Shown here: positions 26,627 to 39,715 of the stretch, in pieces | Layout: every line of letters begins with the position of its first letter | Position numbering within the stretch: the stretch's first letter is position 1 | Assembly: GCA_963578825.1 (NCBI GenBank) | Contig: CAUZDW010000005.1 | Coordinates: 67,608-131,607 of the forward strand | From: Vicinamibacteria bacterium | Lineage (GTDB): Bacteria > Acidobacteriota > Vicinamibacteria > Fen-336 | Reading direction: 5' to 3' | Length of the DNA: 64,000 nucleotides | The notes under the pieces: model-generated | What the model saw: the letters and a program-made list of their open reading frames with translations, nothing else | The model's database searches: none | Told to the model about the DNA's origin: nothing | Translations under genes and position numbers: made by a program

Positions 26627-27703
26627 GTGACAGAGACCGCACAACCGGGACTTCAGCGATATCTCGCGCTCGACGCCTACCGTGGCTTCATCATACTGAT
26701 GCTCGTCTCGTACGGGTTTGGCTTTGGTGAGCTGAAGGGGGATCCGACCTTTGGCACGATCGCCTCGTGGTTCCAGCACAAGCCGTGGGAGGGGATCGCG
26801 TTCTGGGACCTGGTTCAGCCGGGCTTCATGTACATCGTGGGCGTCGCCATGCCGTTCGCGCTGGCCATCCGCACGCAGAAGGGCGCCACATTCCCGGACA
26901 ACGCCAGGCACGTGGCCATCCGCTCGCTGAAGCTGATCGCCCTGAGCCAGCTTCTCTACATGGGGGGCTCCGACCCGTACCGGTTTCAGATGATCAACGT
27001 GCTGTGCCAGATCGCGCTCACCTACTTCCTGGTGTTCTGGATCATGCGGCTGCGATTCCGCTGGCAGGCGATGGTCGCCCTGGCTCTCCTCGTGTTCCAC
27101 ACGGCCTTGTTCCATCTGTTCCCGGGTCCCGACGGGCCGTACTCGCAAGAGGGCAACATCGGGCAGGTCATCGACAAGGCGATCATGGGCTACAATTATC
27201 CAGGCCTGTGGGTGGGCATCAACTTCATCACCAGCACGGTGACGACGCTGTTTGGCGCGTGGACCGGGATGCTGCTCATGCGCAGCACGGACCATCGGCA
27301 CATCGTCAAGATGCTGGCGGCCGGCACGGCTGGCAGCTTTGTGCTCGGGCTCGCGATCAGTCCCTGGAACCCGATCGTCAAGCGCATCTGCACGGCGTCG
27401 TTCACGCTCTGCAGCGCCGGGTGGGTGCTGCTCGGAATGCTCATCTTCTACGTGGTGGTGGAGGTGCAGGAGTACCGGAAGTGGACCCACCCGCTGGTGG
27501 TCATCGGCGCGAACTCGATCTTTATCTATGCGATCAGCGGCTGGATCCTCCGCGGTTGGCTGGAGCGGGTCGTGGGCGTGATGACCGGCGAGTTCCTGTT
27601 CATCGGAACCCTCGCGCCGGTGGCTCAATCGCTCGCGGTCCTGGCGGTGATGTACTCCATGAACGACTGGCTCTACAGGCGCAGGATCTTCCTCAAGGTG
27701 TGA
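26627..27703 (+). CDS. DUF1624/DUF5009-type polytopic membrane protein (heparan-alpha-glucosaminide N-acetyltransferase catalytic-domain-like)
   Basis: N-terminus RYLALDAYRGFIILMLVS typical of the family; ~10 TM helices. GTG start with AGGAGGG SD. Local GC is visibly lower than the flanks. Confidence 0.55.
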   Translation: MTETAQPGLQRYLALDAYRGFIILMLVSYGFGFGELKGDPTFGTIASWFQHKPWEGIAFWDLVQPGFMYIVGVAMPFALAIRTQKGATFPDNARHVAIRSLKLIALSQLLYMGGSDPYRFQMINVLCQIALTYFLVFWIMRLRFRWQAMVALALLVFHTALFHLFPGPDGPYSQEGNIGQVIDKAIMGYNYPGLWVGINFITSTVTTLFGAWTGMLLMRSTDHRHIVKMLAAGTAGSFVLGLAISPWNPIVKRICTASFTLCSAGWVLLGMLIFYVVVEVQEYRKWTHPLVVIGANSIFIYAISGWILRGWLERVVGVMTGEFLFIGTLAPVAQSLAVLAVMYSMNDWLYRRRIFLKV

Positions 27704-27710
27704 TCATAAG

Positions 27711-28316
27711 CTACGCCTCGCAATGAGCCATCGCCGCCGCTGCGGCCATGCGCTCCGGGTCGGGGGCGAAGGTCGAGGTGAGGCGGTCGGCGAGGCCGCG
27801 GAGGCGATCTTCGGAGCCGTCCCCGGAGAGGCGGCGTGCGAAGGCGGCGAAATCGGCCTCCATCTGGTCGAGCTCGGGACCGGTCAGCAGCCGAAGGGCC
27901 ATGGGGTAGAGGATGTGGTCCTCCTTGAGGATGTGTTGCCTCAGGAGGGGCACAAACTCATTCGCGTTCGTCAGCAGGGTGCTCCTCTCCCCGTCGTCGA
28001 GCTCGCCCTCACCCCGGCCGATCTGGCTCATTGCGGACACGCGGGCGCGGCCCTCCGTGTGCTCCTGAAGCATCACTGCCAGCGGTCCGCCTTCGACGGG
28101 GAAGCCCCGCTCGATCATTCGCTGGAAGAGGATGTCCTCCTCCTTCCCGTGGTGGCACGCATCGGCGAAACCGCGGAAGAAGGTCGCATACTTCGCCACG
28201 AGCGGTCGCTCGACCGCCATGCCGTCGTCGATCGCGAGGGCATAGCTCTCCAACGACCCCAGCACCTGCTCGATGAGCCGGTGTTCGTTCATCAACACGT
28301 CGATTGGTTTCGACAC
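27711..28316 (-). CDS. Hemerythrin HHE cation-binding domain protein
   Basis: Paired H/E-rich helices (MNEHRLIEQ..., HHGKEEDILF, HILKEDHILYP); GTG start after a GGGAGG SD. Confidence 0.7.
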   Translation of the reverse strand: MSKPIDVLMNEHRLIEQVLGSLESYALAIDDGMAVERPLVAKYATFFRGFADACHHGKEEDILFQRMIERGFPVEGGPLAVMLQEHTEGRARVSAMSQIGRGEGELDDGERSTLLTNANEFVPLLRQHILKEDHILYPMALRLLTGPELDQMEADFAAFARRLSGDGSEDRLRGLADRLTSTFAPDPERMAAAAAMAHCEA

Positions 28317-28434
28317 GCGTCTGCCTCCCTGTCTGTTCCCTCTATTCCCTCGCGGATCTGATCAGAGCGCCATGACGGCCGTCAGGTCGGAGCAGAATGC
28401 CCGCTGGGGGAGCGCCGTGGGCGTGGGATCCGGA

Positions 28435-28869
28435 TCAGCCTTCGTCGGGTCGGGGCGAGCGTCGATGGAGCTTGCGCTCCCCCCGCAGGCGCTTGTGCTG
28501 CAAGCGCCTCTCGACGGCAGCGGAGGAGGGTCGCGTGCGGCGCCGGGTCCGGGGGACGACCAGGGCCCGGGCCACCAGGCGGCGGACCTTCTCCCGGGCA
28601 TCCTCCAGGTTGCGAGTCTGGTCGCGGGTTCGCTGGCTGGTGACCAGGAGCCGGCCCCTGGAGTCCCGCCGCCCGGCGGCCAGTGCCTTGAGCCGTCCCT
28701 GGGCGGCGTCGTCGAGGCCAGGGATGCCGTCCAGGTCCACCCGCAGCTCGACCTTCGAGGCGACCTTGTTGACGTTCTGGCCTCCGGGCCCGGAGGCGCG
28801 GACGGCACGCCACGTGATCGCTCCTGAAGGGATCCGAACGCCTCTGCTGATCCGGATCGGCTCGGCCAT
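28435..28869 (-). CDS. arfB: Alternative ribosome-rescue factor B (peptidyl-tRNA hydrolase, GGQ motif)
   Basis: GPGGQNVNKV GGQ motif plus a basic C-terminal tail. Confidence 0.85.
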   Translation of the reverse strand: MAEPIRISRGVRIPSGAITWRAVRASGPGGQNVNKVASKVELRVDLDGIPGLDDAAQGRLKALAAGRRDSRGRLLVTSQRTRDQTRNLEDAREKVRRLVARALVVPRTRRRTRPSSAAVERRLQHKRLRGERKLHRRSPRPDEG

Positions 28870-29111
28870 TTCGCGACCGTAGACTCCACGGTCGACCCCG
28901 TCAAGCCTCGATCGTGAGCCTCGCCGGTCCGTCGTGAGCCTCTGCTCGGCGAAGGGAAAAACGGCGGGGCAGTATGGTAGGCTTCGACGTCTCTAGTAGC
29001 CGTTGAGTCTGGCGTTCGTCGGCAGAGGCCGTCCAATGAGGGGCGGTGTCGGGATCGTGAGCGCGCAGGCGGCGTAGCGCACTAGGAAGGGCCGAAGGAG
29101 GCCTGACGTTC

Positions 29112-29312
29112 ATGATTGAAGGCACCGTCAAGTGGTTCAACGAGTCCAAGGGTTTCGGGTTTCTCTCCCAGGAGGGTGGACCAGACGTTTTCGTCCATCA
29201 CACTGAGATCCGGACCGATGGATATCGGACCCTCAACGAGGGTCAGAAGGTCCGTTTCGAGGTGGTGGACAGCCCCAAGGGGCCCCGCGCCGCGAACGTG
29301 ACGCCCGCGTAA
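29112..29312 (+). CDS. cspA: Cold-shock protein (CspA family)
   Basis: [18 protein letters not shown]1 motif and VFVHHT RNP2 motif; 66 aa. Confidence 0.95.
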   Translation: MIEGTVKWFNESKGFGFLSQEGGPDVFVHHTEIRTDGYRTLNEGQKVRFEVVDSPKGPRAANVTPA

Positions 29313-29337
29313 GCAACCACGAAACGACTCTACTAGA

Positions 29338-29370
29338 GGCCCGGGGCCATGCCCCGGGCCTTCCCTTTTC
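29338..29370 (+). terminator. Rho-independent terminator: GGCCCGGGG-CCATG-CCCCGGGCC hairpin followed by TTCCCTTTTC. Bidirectional, between cspA and the convergent HAD phosphatase gene.
   Basis: 9-bp GC stem plus T-tract read directly from the sequence. Confidence 0.7.
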
Positions 29371-29375
29371 GGGCC

Positions 29376-30122
29376 CTACTCCCAGCCTCCGTACATCAGA
29401 TTCGGCACGACAAAGAACCGGTCGCCGAAGTCGCCGAACGCCTCCTCCCGGCTTCGGAGCGCCACGCCCAGGGCCGGGAAATCGCGGATGTTGTCCCCCA
29501 CGAAGGCGATGACGTCGAGGGGCGGGAGGCCCGCGGAGGTGGTCCCTCGAGCGACCGCCTCGAATCGCGACGCCTTGTCGCTCGGTCCATCGTCCGGCCG
29601 GCACAGCATCACGTCGCAGGCGAGGTCGTGGGCGGCAAACACGGCCTTGGTGTCCGGGCACTCGGCTTCGCGACGGTTGGTCACGATGGCGACCCGACCG
29701 CCGAGGGCTCTCACCCGCCCCAGGAAGTTCCGGGCTCCGGGAAGTGGGACCACCTCGCGCCGTTCGGTCCATGTCCGCCAGCTTTCGGGGGTGAAGGCAA
29801 GCCCCCGCCTTTCGCGCTCGACCTGATAGAGGGAGTTGTCGATCAGGGTCTCGTCCGCGTCCGACACCACCGCCCATGTGCCCGGCGTACGGCCCACCGC
29901 CGCCTGCTCCACCCGAGCCGTCGCGGCTCGGAACGCCTGGAGAAAGAGGGCGCGGTGCTGCGCCGAGTCCCGCACCCAGCGGACGGCCTTCGAGCTGCGG
30001 AAGGGCTCCTCCACCGACGAGGCCCGGGGAGTGTCGGTGACCGATGGCGGAACGGTCGGCGCCGTGGCGCGGCACGCCGTCGTGAGGGAGAGGAGGAGGA
30101 GCAGCAAGAAGCGCGGCATCAT
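29376..30122 (-). CDS. HAD-superfamily class B acid phosphatase / lipoprotein e(P4)-like 5'-nucleotidase, secreted
   Basis: DADETLIDNS (DxDxT) motif; VAIVTNRRE; signal peptide with TAC lipobox-like motif. Confidence 0.75.
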   Translation of the reverse strand: MMPRFLLLLLLSLTTACRATAPTVPPSVTDTPRASSVEEPFRSSKAVRWVRDSAQHRALFLQAFRAATARVEQAAVGRTPGTWAVVSDADETLIDNSLYQVERERRGLAFTPESWRTWTERREVVPLPGARNFLGRVRALGGRVAIVTNRREAECPDTKAVFAAHDLACDVMLCRPDDGPSDKASRFEAVARGTTSAGLPPLDVIAFVGDNIRDFPALGVALRSREEAFGDFGDRFFVVPNLMYGGWE

Positions 30123-30167
30123 CTCAGGCCTCCTGACAGGGGCGATGGGCGTCCTCGCCGGGGTCTC

Positions 30168-30791
30168 CTAGAGAAGCTTCAGAACCAGGAACCCCCCAAC
30201 GAGCAGCGCCAGGAAGACGAGAGCCGCGAGGTCGAAGTGCTTCTCGAGGGTCCGGCGCACCGGCGCACCGAAGACGCGGAGTATGGTCGCCACGAGGGAA
30301 AAACGGGCTCCCCTCCCGAGCGCCGAGACCAGCACGAACGGCACGAAGGGCATGTGGGTGGCACCGGCCGCGATCGTGGCCACCTTGTAGGGGATGGGCG
30401 TGAACGCAGCACCGGCCAGGAACCACACACCCCAGGTCCCGTTGTACAGCTCCACCACCCGTTCCCAGTGATGCTGCGCGTGGTAGAAGTTCACGATGGG
30501 CTGACCCGCCGTCGCCATGAAGCCGTATCCGATCGCATATCCGAGGAGCGCCCCCGTCACGGAGCCGAGGGTCGCGAGGCCGGCAGCGCGGAGCCACCTG
30601 GCGGGCGCCGCGGCGACGATGGCGATGAGCAGGACGTCGGGAGGGATGGGAAAGAACGAGGACTCGGCAAAGGCGATCAGGAACAGCGCGATCAGGCCCT
30701 GGGGCGTTTCCGCCCAGTGCATCGTCCAGTCGTACAGACGGCGCAGGGCGCGCCGCGGCCAGTTGATCGCCGAGATGAGAGTGTTCGACAC
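30168..30791 (-). CDS. YqaA/DedA-like (VTT/SNARE-associated domain) membrane protein
   Basis: FAESSFFPIPPDVLLIA motif typical of the family; about 5 TM helices. Confidence 0.7.
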   Translation of the reverse strand: MSNTLISAINWPRRALRRLYDWTMHWAETPQGLIALFLIAFAESSFFPIPPDVLLIAIVAAAPARWLRAAGLATLGSVTGALLGYAIGYGFMATAGQPIVNFYHAQHHWERVVELYNGTWGVWFLAGAAFTPIPYKVATIAAGATHMPFVPFVLVSALGRGARFSLVATILRVFGAPVRRTLEKHFDLAALVFLALLVGGFLVLKLL

Positions 30792-30838
30792 GAGCCATCG
30801 ATCCTAGCACGGCGCTCATGAACCCCTCCGGCTCCTAG

Positions 30839-32590
30839 CTAGGGGCTGTGCAGGTCGGAGTCGACCTCCGACCGCCGCCCCTGGCGTCGGGCCGGCCAGG
30901 CTGCGAGGGAGCGCTGGCGCCGTGCCGCCTGTTCAAGCGCGAGCCGCCGATCGGCGAGGCCTTGCAGCAGCGCGCTCGTCACTTCCCGCGCCGCACGGTT
31001 CACGGCGCGGGAGTTCGGTCGGTAGGTGATGCGGACGCAGAAGGCCACACTCGACTCGGGCGTTGGCGCGATGCCGATGTAGTTCACGTGGTACCCCTTG
31101 CGGTACTCGGCCGCCGTGCCGGTCTTCATCGCGACGGGGAATCCGCGGGGAGCGATCCCGGTCCCGGTGCCGTAGAGCGCAACGGCCCGCATGGCCCGAA
31201 GAAGGGGCGGCACGGTGCGCGGGCCGATGACTCTTCGGGCCTGCGCCAGCTCGGCCACGCGCTCGGCCAGACCGACGGGCCCGCTCATGCCTGCCACCAG
31301 GCGGGGCTCGGGCATCGAGCCTCCGTTGGCCACGACTGTCGCGAGGAGGGCTGCGTGGAGCGGCGTGATGTCCGACTGGGTGAGCCCGATCGAGAGGTCG
31401 GCAAGCTGCCGGTCGTGTTTCGGCGGCGAGTGGATGCGCCCCGCCGCTCCCAGGAGTGCCGGAGGCTCCTCGTCGAAACCCCAGCGTCGCAACTCCGCGG
31501 CGAGACGCTCCTTGCCGATCCGAACCCCCAACCGCGCGAAGGCGATGTTGCAACTGATGGCCAGGGCGTGGTCGAGCCCGTCGAGCGCGCCCGCCTTCCA
31601 CGAGCACCAGAGAGGCTTGCCGCCGAAGCGCTCGACCCCCTTGCACGTCGTGTGTCCGATGGCGGCGTCGGGATCGATTCCCGATCGGTAGGCAGCGGCG
31701 GCGGTCACGACCTTGGAGATCGAGGCCGGCTCGCGTCGCTGGGTGAACGCCGCTGCCCCTTCCCGTGCCCGCGTCCGAGGGTCGCTCACCGCTGCGAGCA
31801 CGGCCCCCGTTCGCGGCTCGAGGAGGACGATCGTGCCACGCCAGCGGCCGAGGGCGTCCAGGGCGAGCCGGGCGAGATCGAGATCGAGGGTGAGCCGCAA
31901 ACCTCCCGATTGCGCCGCCGCCCGGACGTCCTCGGGAGACAGCCAGAAGGGCGTCGCCAACTCCGACCGTGCGGGGAGTCGTCGCCGTGGTGGTGGAGCC
32001 CGGCGAAAGGGAGGCAGAAGCAGGGGATCGAGATCCTCGGCAAGTGCCAGACGCCCCTCGGAGTCCAGGGCGCCCACGAGCGTGCCGCGCCGGTCCCGAA
32101 CGATGGCCGAGGCTCCGAATGCCCGAAGCACCAGTGACTGCTCGAGATGGCGGCCGAGGGGACGGCTGGCGAGCGGGACCGGACTCGCCGCGGCCAGGCG
32201 CCCGGCCTCCTCCACGTCCCCGTTCTCCAGCGCCAGTGCCGCCGCATAGAGCGCGCCGAGCGGGTGGCCGGCGCGGAGCAGAAGCGCTGCCGCCTCCCGG
32301 GCTCCCTCGAGATTCTCGCGCTCGAGAGCGGTGTCGATCAGGGCGGTGGGAGCCAGGGCGTCGAGGTCGGAGAGGGCGGGTTGCGCGTCGGTGCGCCGTC
32401 CCTGAAGCGACAGGGCCAGGGCCAGCCCGGCCTCGGCCCGTCGCGTCGCCCAGGGCCAGCGCATCTGGCGCCGGAACTCCATCTCGGCGCCGGCGGCGTC
32501 GCCTGCGAGCAGCCGCTCTCGCCCCCGCTCCCCCGCGGTCGTGGCCGAGACGGCGAGTCCTCCGACGAGAAGGGTGAGCGCTCCCGCCAC
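30839..32590 (-). CDS. Penicillin-binding protein, transpeptidase domain (class B PBP-like)
   Basis: SISK (SxxK), SCN (SxN) and KTGT motifs in the correct order; N-terminal TM helix. Confidence 0.75.
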   Translation of the reverse strand: MAGALTLLVGGLAVSATTAGERGRERLLAGDAAGAEMEFRRQMRWPWATRRAEAGLALALSLQGRRTDAQPALSDLDALAPTALIDTALERENLEGAREAAALLLRAGHPLGALYAAALALENGDVEEAGRLAAASPVPLASRPLGRHLEQSLVLRAFGASAIVRDRRGTLVGALDSEGRLALAEDLDPLLLPPFRRAPPPRRRLPARSELATPFWLSPEDVRAAAQSGGLRLTLDLDLARLALDALGRWRGTIVLLEPRTGAVLAAVSDPRTRAREGAAAFTQRREPASISKVVTAAAAYRSGIDPDAAIGHTTCKGVERFGGKPLWCSWKAGALDGLDHALAISCNIAFARLGVRIGKERLAAELRRWGFDEEPPALLGAAGRIHSPPKHDRQLADLSIGLTQSDITPLHAALLATVVANGGSMPEPRLVAGMSGPVGLAERVAELAQARRVIGPRTVPPLLRAMRAVALYGTGTGIAPRGFPVAMKTGTAAEYRKGYHVNYIGIAPTPESSVAFCVRITYRPNSRAVNRAAREVTSALLQGLADRRLALEQAARRQRSLAAWPARRQGRRSEVDSDLHSP

Positions 32591-32625
32591 CAGGAGGGCT
32601 CCGGCGAGGGCTCGGTCGGCGTGCT

Positions 32626-33888
32626 TCAGCGCGCGCCCGCCGCGGCCGAGTCGGGTGTCTTGAGCGGCCCCAGTCCACGGGCCGCGCGGTAGGCGGGAAG
32701 TGCCGCGGCGAGTATCCGGACCGAGGTCTCGAGGTCGGTCTCATTGAGGACGTAGGCGATCCGAACCTCGTCGGCGCCCAGGCCGGGCGTGACGTAGAAG
32801 CCCGCCGCGGGGGCCACCATGACGGTGACGCCCTCGAAGCTGAAATCGCTCAGCAGCCACGACGCGAAGTCCTCGCTGTCCTCGACCGGGAGCCGAGCCA
32901 CGAAGTAGAAGGCCCCCTCGGGCTTGCGGAGGAAGACGCCGGGCACGCGGGAGAGGCCCTCGTAGAGCACATCCCTTCGGCCCTGGTACTCCTTCACCAG
33001 ATTCTCGGTGTACTCGAGGCCGAGCTCGGCGGCTCCCAGCGCGACGATCTGGGCGAGTCCCGGCGGCGACAGGCGCCCCTGTGCCATGCGCAGGCACGCG
33101 TCGCGCACCTGGCGATTGCGCGTGACCAGGCAGCCGAGGCGAATCCCGCAGGCACTGTAGCGCTTCGAGAGGCTGTCGACCATGACCACGAAGTCCTCGG
33201 CGCCTGCGATCTCTAGGGCGCTGGTGGCCCGAGCCCCGTCGTAGGCCAGCTCGCGATAGACCTCGTCGGACATGAGGAATAGCCCGTTGTCGCTACAGAA
33301 CCCGGCGATGGCCTCGACCTCTTCGCGCCGATACACCGTCCCGGTGGGGTTGTTCGGATTGCAGAGGAGAACGAGCCGCGTGCGCGGGGTGAGGGCACTC
33401 TCCCACTGCTCGCGGGGTGGCAGGTGGAAGCCGTCTTCGCCGTGGGAGCGCAGGGGCACCAGCCGCACACCGGCCATCGTCGCGAAGGCCATGTAGTGGG
33501 TGTAGAAAGGCTCGACGACCAGCACCTCGTCGCCCACGCCCGCGCAGGCCAGGAGCGTGAAGAGAATGGCCTCGCTCCCGCCGGTGGTGACGACGATGTC
33601 GTCGGCGTCGAGCTCGATTCCGTGGCCCCGGTAGTACTCCCGTAGCGATGCCACGCACTCGGGGGTCCCGCCGGACGGCGTGTAGGCCAGAACCGCGGGC
33701 GCTGTCTCCAGTCGTCTCCTCATCACCTCGGGAGTCTCGAGGTCCGGCTGGCCGATGTTGAGATGGAGAACCCGCACGCCCCGCTTCTTCGCGGCGTCGG
33801 CCAGGGGTGCGAGCTTTCGGATCGGTGAGGCCGGCATCTGCCGGCCGCGCTCGGAGACGGTGAGGGGCATCTCGTTTCTGTGCTTCAC
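32626..33888 (-). CDS. Class I PLP-dependent aminotransferase (aspartate aminotransferase family)
   Basis: NPNNPTGTVY and MVDSLSKRYSACGIRLG (PLP-lysine region) motifs. Confidence 0.9.
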   Translation of the reverse strand: MKHRNEMPLTVSERGRQMPASPIRKLAPLADAAKKRGVRVLHLNIGQPDLETPEVMRRRLETAPAVLAYTPSGGTPECVASLREYYRGHGIELDADDIVVTTGGSEAILFTLLACAGVGDEVLVVEPFYTHYMAFATMAGVRLVPLRSHGEDGFHLPPREQWESALTPRTRLVLLCNPNNPTGTVYRREEVEAIAGFCSDNGLFLMSDEVYRELAYDGARATSALEIAGAEDFVVMVDSLSKRYSACGIRLGCLVTRNRQVRDACLRMAQGRLSPPGLAQIVALGAAELGLEYTENLVKEYQGRRDVLYEGLSRVPGVFLRKPEGAFYFVARLPVEDSEDFASWLLSDFSFEGVTVMVAPAAGFYVTPGLGADEVRIAYVLNETDLETSVRILAAALPAYRAARGLGPLKTPDSAAAGAR

Positions 33889-36047
33889 TCCGACATCAAC
33901 CGAATTCGCACCAGCTCGTCTCCGTCCACTGCGGCGACGGCCTCGAGGCTCCAGGTGTCGACCGGCGACCAGACGCCGGCGTACTCGGCCACCAGGGCCC
34001 GAACGCGCGGTTCCACCTTCTTCTGGAGGAGCCGAGCCGGGGTCTCCGTCCGGCGACCGTCCTCGATCGTGACCAGCTCGCGCCCGCGAATGCGGACCGC
34101 CTTGCGACCCTCGTTGACGACGTACAGACGCACGACGAACGGCTCCTCGGGCCGCACTTCCGACGGTAGCACCTCGAACTCCAGCTTGCCCACGAAGCGG
34201 GGCGGGCGTTGCATCTTGACGTCGGCGGACTCGAACCCCACCAGCCCTCCTGCCGACGGCGTGGTGATCGTGGTCTTTCCCGCAAGGAAACGCCGGGCGG
34301 GCACGGCCGGCGTCGGCGCCACGGTGGGCTCCGGCTCGGGAATCGCAACTGGGGGTGGGGGCTCCACCGGCGAGGAGGAGACGGCGTCAGGCGGGGCTGG
34401 CGCATCGGCGGCTCTCGCGGTGAGCTCGGGCGGTGTCGGAGTCGGGCTGGGTCGCACCGCGGCCACTCGCCGGACCTCGACCGCTCGCCGGGCCCGATCG
34501 AAGCCGTCGCGGGCTTCGAGAAACTGGCGGGTGGCGTCGGCATACTCCTCGCTTGCCCCCAGCGCGGCGGCCTTTTCGGCCGTGGCGTTGGCGGCCGCGA
34601 ACGCACGGCTCCTCCCGGCGCCTCCGTCGGATGCCTGGTCCCTGGTCTGGCCCATCAAGGCGGCAGCGTCGCTGGCCTGCGTCCGGAAGACAGTGTTGAG
34701 CCGCGCGCTGAGCTCGATGGCCGCGGGATGCCGCGGGTCCAGCTCGAGGACCCGGGAGAGCTGGTCCGAAGCAGCCTCGTTGTTGCCCGCCTCGAGGTTG
34801 CCCCGGGCCGTGGTGATGGCCGCTTCCAGCTCCCCGAGGCGGACTCGGGCCGTCTCCAGGGTCCGGGTGGCCTCGGGGTGGTCGGGAGACAGGCGCAGCG
34901 CGCTCACGGCCTGTGTCTCTGCGGCGGTCCAGTTCTTGTCGTCCAGCTCGCGCCGCGCGAGCTGGACCTGGGTGGCCACCAGCGCCCGAGTCAGCTCGCC
35001 GACCTGGGCATTGTCTTCTTCGGGCCCGGGCGCCTGCAGCCGCGAGGTGACCCAGAGCGCGGTCAGGGTCAGGACGACGATGAGGGCGAGTCCCGCGCCG
35101 GCGGCCACCAGGGGAACCCGGGAGTGGTGCCGTCGCGCCCCCCGCCCGCTCGACGACGATCCCGGCCGGCGGACACGGAGCAGGCTCGCTGGCGTGCTTC
35201 CGCTGCTCGAAGGCGAGACCTCCTGCCCGGCAACGGCCGTCCTTCGAGCCGCCGCGAGCGCCGCCCGCATTTCGGACGCCCCGGCGAACCGCTTCCTTCG
35301 GTCCTTGGTGAGGGCCCGGTTGACGATGTCGATGATGGGCGCAGGCACACCGGGTGTCCAGCGGGTCACCGCCGGTGGTTCCTTGTGAACCACCTGAAAG
35401 AGGACCGAGGGCGTCGAGTCGGCCTCGAAGGGCTTGTGTCCCGTCAGCAACTCGTAGAGGACGGCTCCGGTCGAGAAGACGTCCGAGCGCCCGTCGACCT
35501 TGTCGCCCAGCGCCTGCTCGGGGGACATGTAGTTGGGCGTCCCGAGGACGATGCCCTCCTGCGTCATCTCGGAGGTGTTCAGTCGGGCCAGACCGAAGTC
35601 CATGATCTTGACCTGCCGGCCCGAGCCCAGGTGGATGTTCGCGGGCTTGATGTCGCGATGAACGACTTCCTGACTGTGCGCGTACTCGAGGGCGTCCAGG
35701 ACACAGTCCATGACGTCGAGCTTCTGGGTCAGCGGACCCAGGATGTCGTTGTCGATGGCGTCTCGGAGGTCCGGCCCCTGAAGGAGCTCCATGGCCATGA
35801 AGAGGATCTTGCCCTCTTCGCCGTAGTCGTGGATCGTGACGATATTCGGGTGGTTCAGAAGGGCGGCGGCCTGGGCCTCCCGGCGAAATCGCTCGAGGAT
35901 CTCGTCGTCAGGGCTGGCGGGAACCGAGATGGTTTTCAGGGCCACGCGGCGCTTCAAGACCGGATCGAAGGCCTCGAAGACGACACCCATGGTGCCCCGG
36001 CCGATCTCGCCGAGGATCCTGTATTTGCCGATCCGGTCGCGGTCCAT
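33885..36047 (-). CDS. Hanks-type Ser/Thr protein kinase with TM helix, TPR-like region and C-terminal domain
   Basis: IGRGTMGVV, VALK, HRDIKPANI, DFG and SPE motifs. The start is taken at MDRDRIGKYRILG (36047); the track ORF extends further upstream from a TTG. Confidence 0.85.
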   Translation of the reverse strand: MDRDRIGKYRILGEIGRGTMGVVFEAFDPVLKRRVALKTISVPASPDDEILERFRREAQAAALLNHPNIVTIHDYGEEGKILFMAMELLQGPDLRDAIDNDILGPLTQKLDVMDCVLDALEYAHSQEVVHRDIKPANIHLGSGRQVKIMDFGLARLNTSEMTQEGIVLGTPNYMSPEQALGDKVDGRSDVFSTGAVLYELLTGHKPFEADSTPSVLFQVVHKEPPAVTRWTPGVPAPIIDIVNRALTKDRRKRFAGASEMRAALAAARRTAVAGQEVSPSSSGSTPASLLRVRRPGSSSSGRGARRHHSRVPLVAAGAGLALIVVLTLTALWVTSRLQAPGPEEDNAQVGELTRALVATQVQLARRELDDKNWTAAETQAVSALRLSPDHPEATRTLETARVRLGELEAAITTARGNLEAGNNEAASDQLSRVLELDPRHPAAIELSARLNTVFRTQASDAAALMGQTRDQASDGGAGRSRAFAAANATAEKAAALGASEEYADATRQFLEARDGFDRARRAVEVRRVAAVRPSPTPTPPELTARAADAPAPPDAVSSSPVEPPPPVAIPEPEPTVAPTPAVPARRFLAGKTTITTPSAGGLVGFESADVKMQRPPRFVGKLEFEVLPSEVRPEEPFVVRLYVVNEGRKAVRIRGRELVTIEDGRRTETPARLLQKKVEPRVRALVAEYAGVWSPVDTWSLEAVAAVDGDELVRIRLMSE

Positions 36048-36229
36048 GACGCTCCAACCCCCCCCGCGCGGTCGGGAGGGCCGGGCGCACGGGCTGGGCG
36101 CAAAGCACCCAGCCCGTGCATGGTAGCACGGCGCCCCCGGGGGACGGACGAAGGACAAAGAGCGACGTAGAATGCCCGTTCACCCGATCGGGCCCTGTCT
36201 CGGCCAGCGCCGTGCAGGTGCCCGCATGA

Positions 36230-39685
<3,456 letters not shown>

Positions 39686-39715
39686 TCGCATCCAGCGTGC
39701 AGCGACGCGGGTGAG

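Noticed and set aside
30933-32744. 603-aa minus ORF and 30848..32137 plus ORF overlapping the PBP gene
   Set aside because: Extremely Arg/Pro/Ser-rich; the PBP frame carries SxxK/SxN/KTG motifs.
36183-36192. CCCGATCGGG palindrome between kinase and lacZ sharing the CGATCG core with the 30-bp palindrome
   Set aside because: Only 10 bp; CGATCG is a common GC-rich hexamer and the similarity is probably coincidental.
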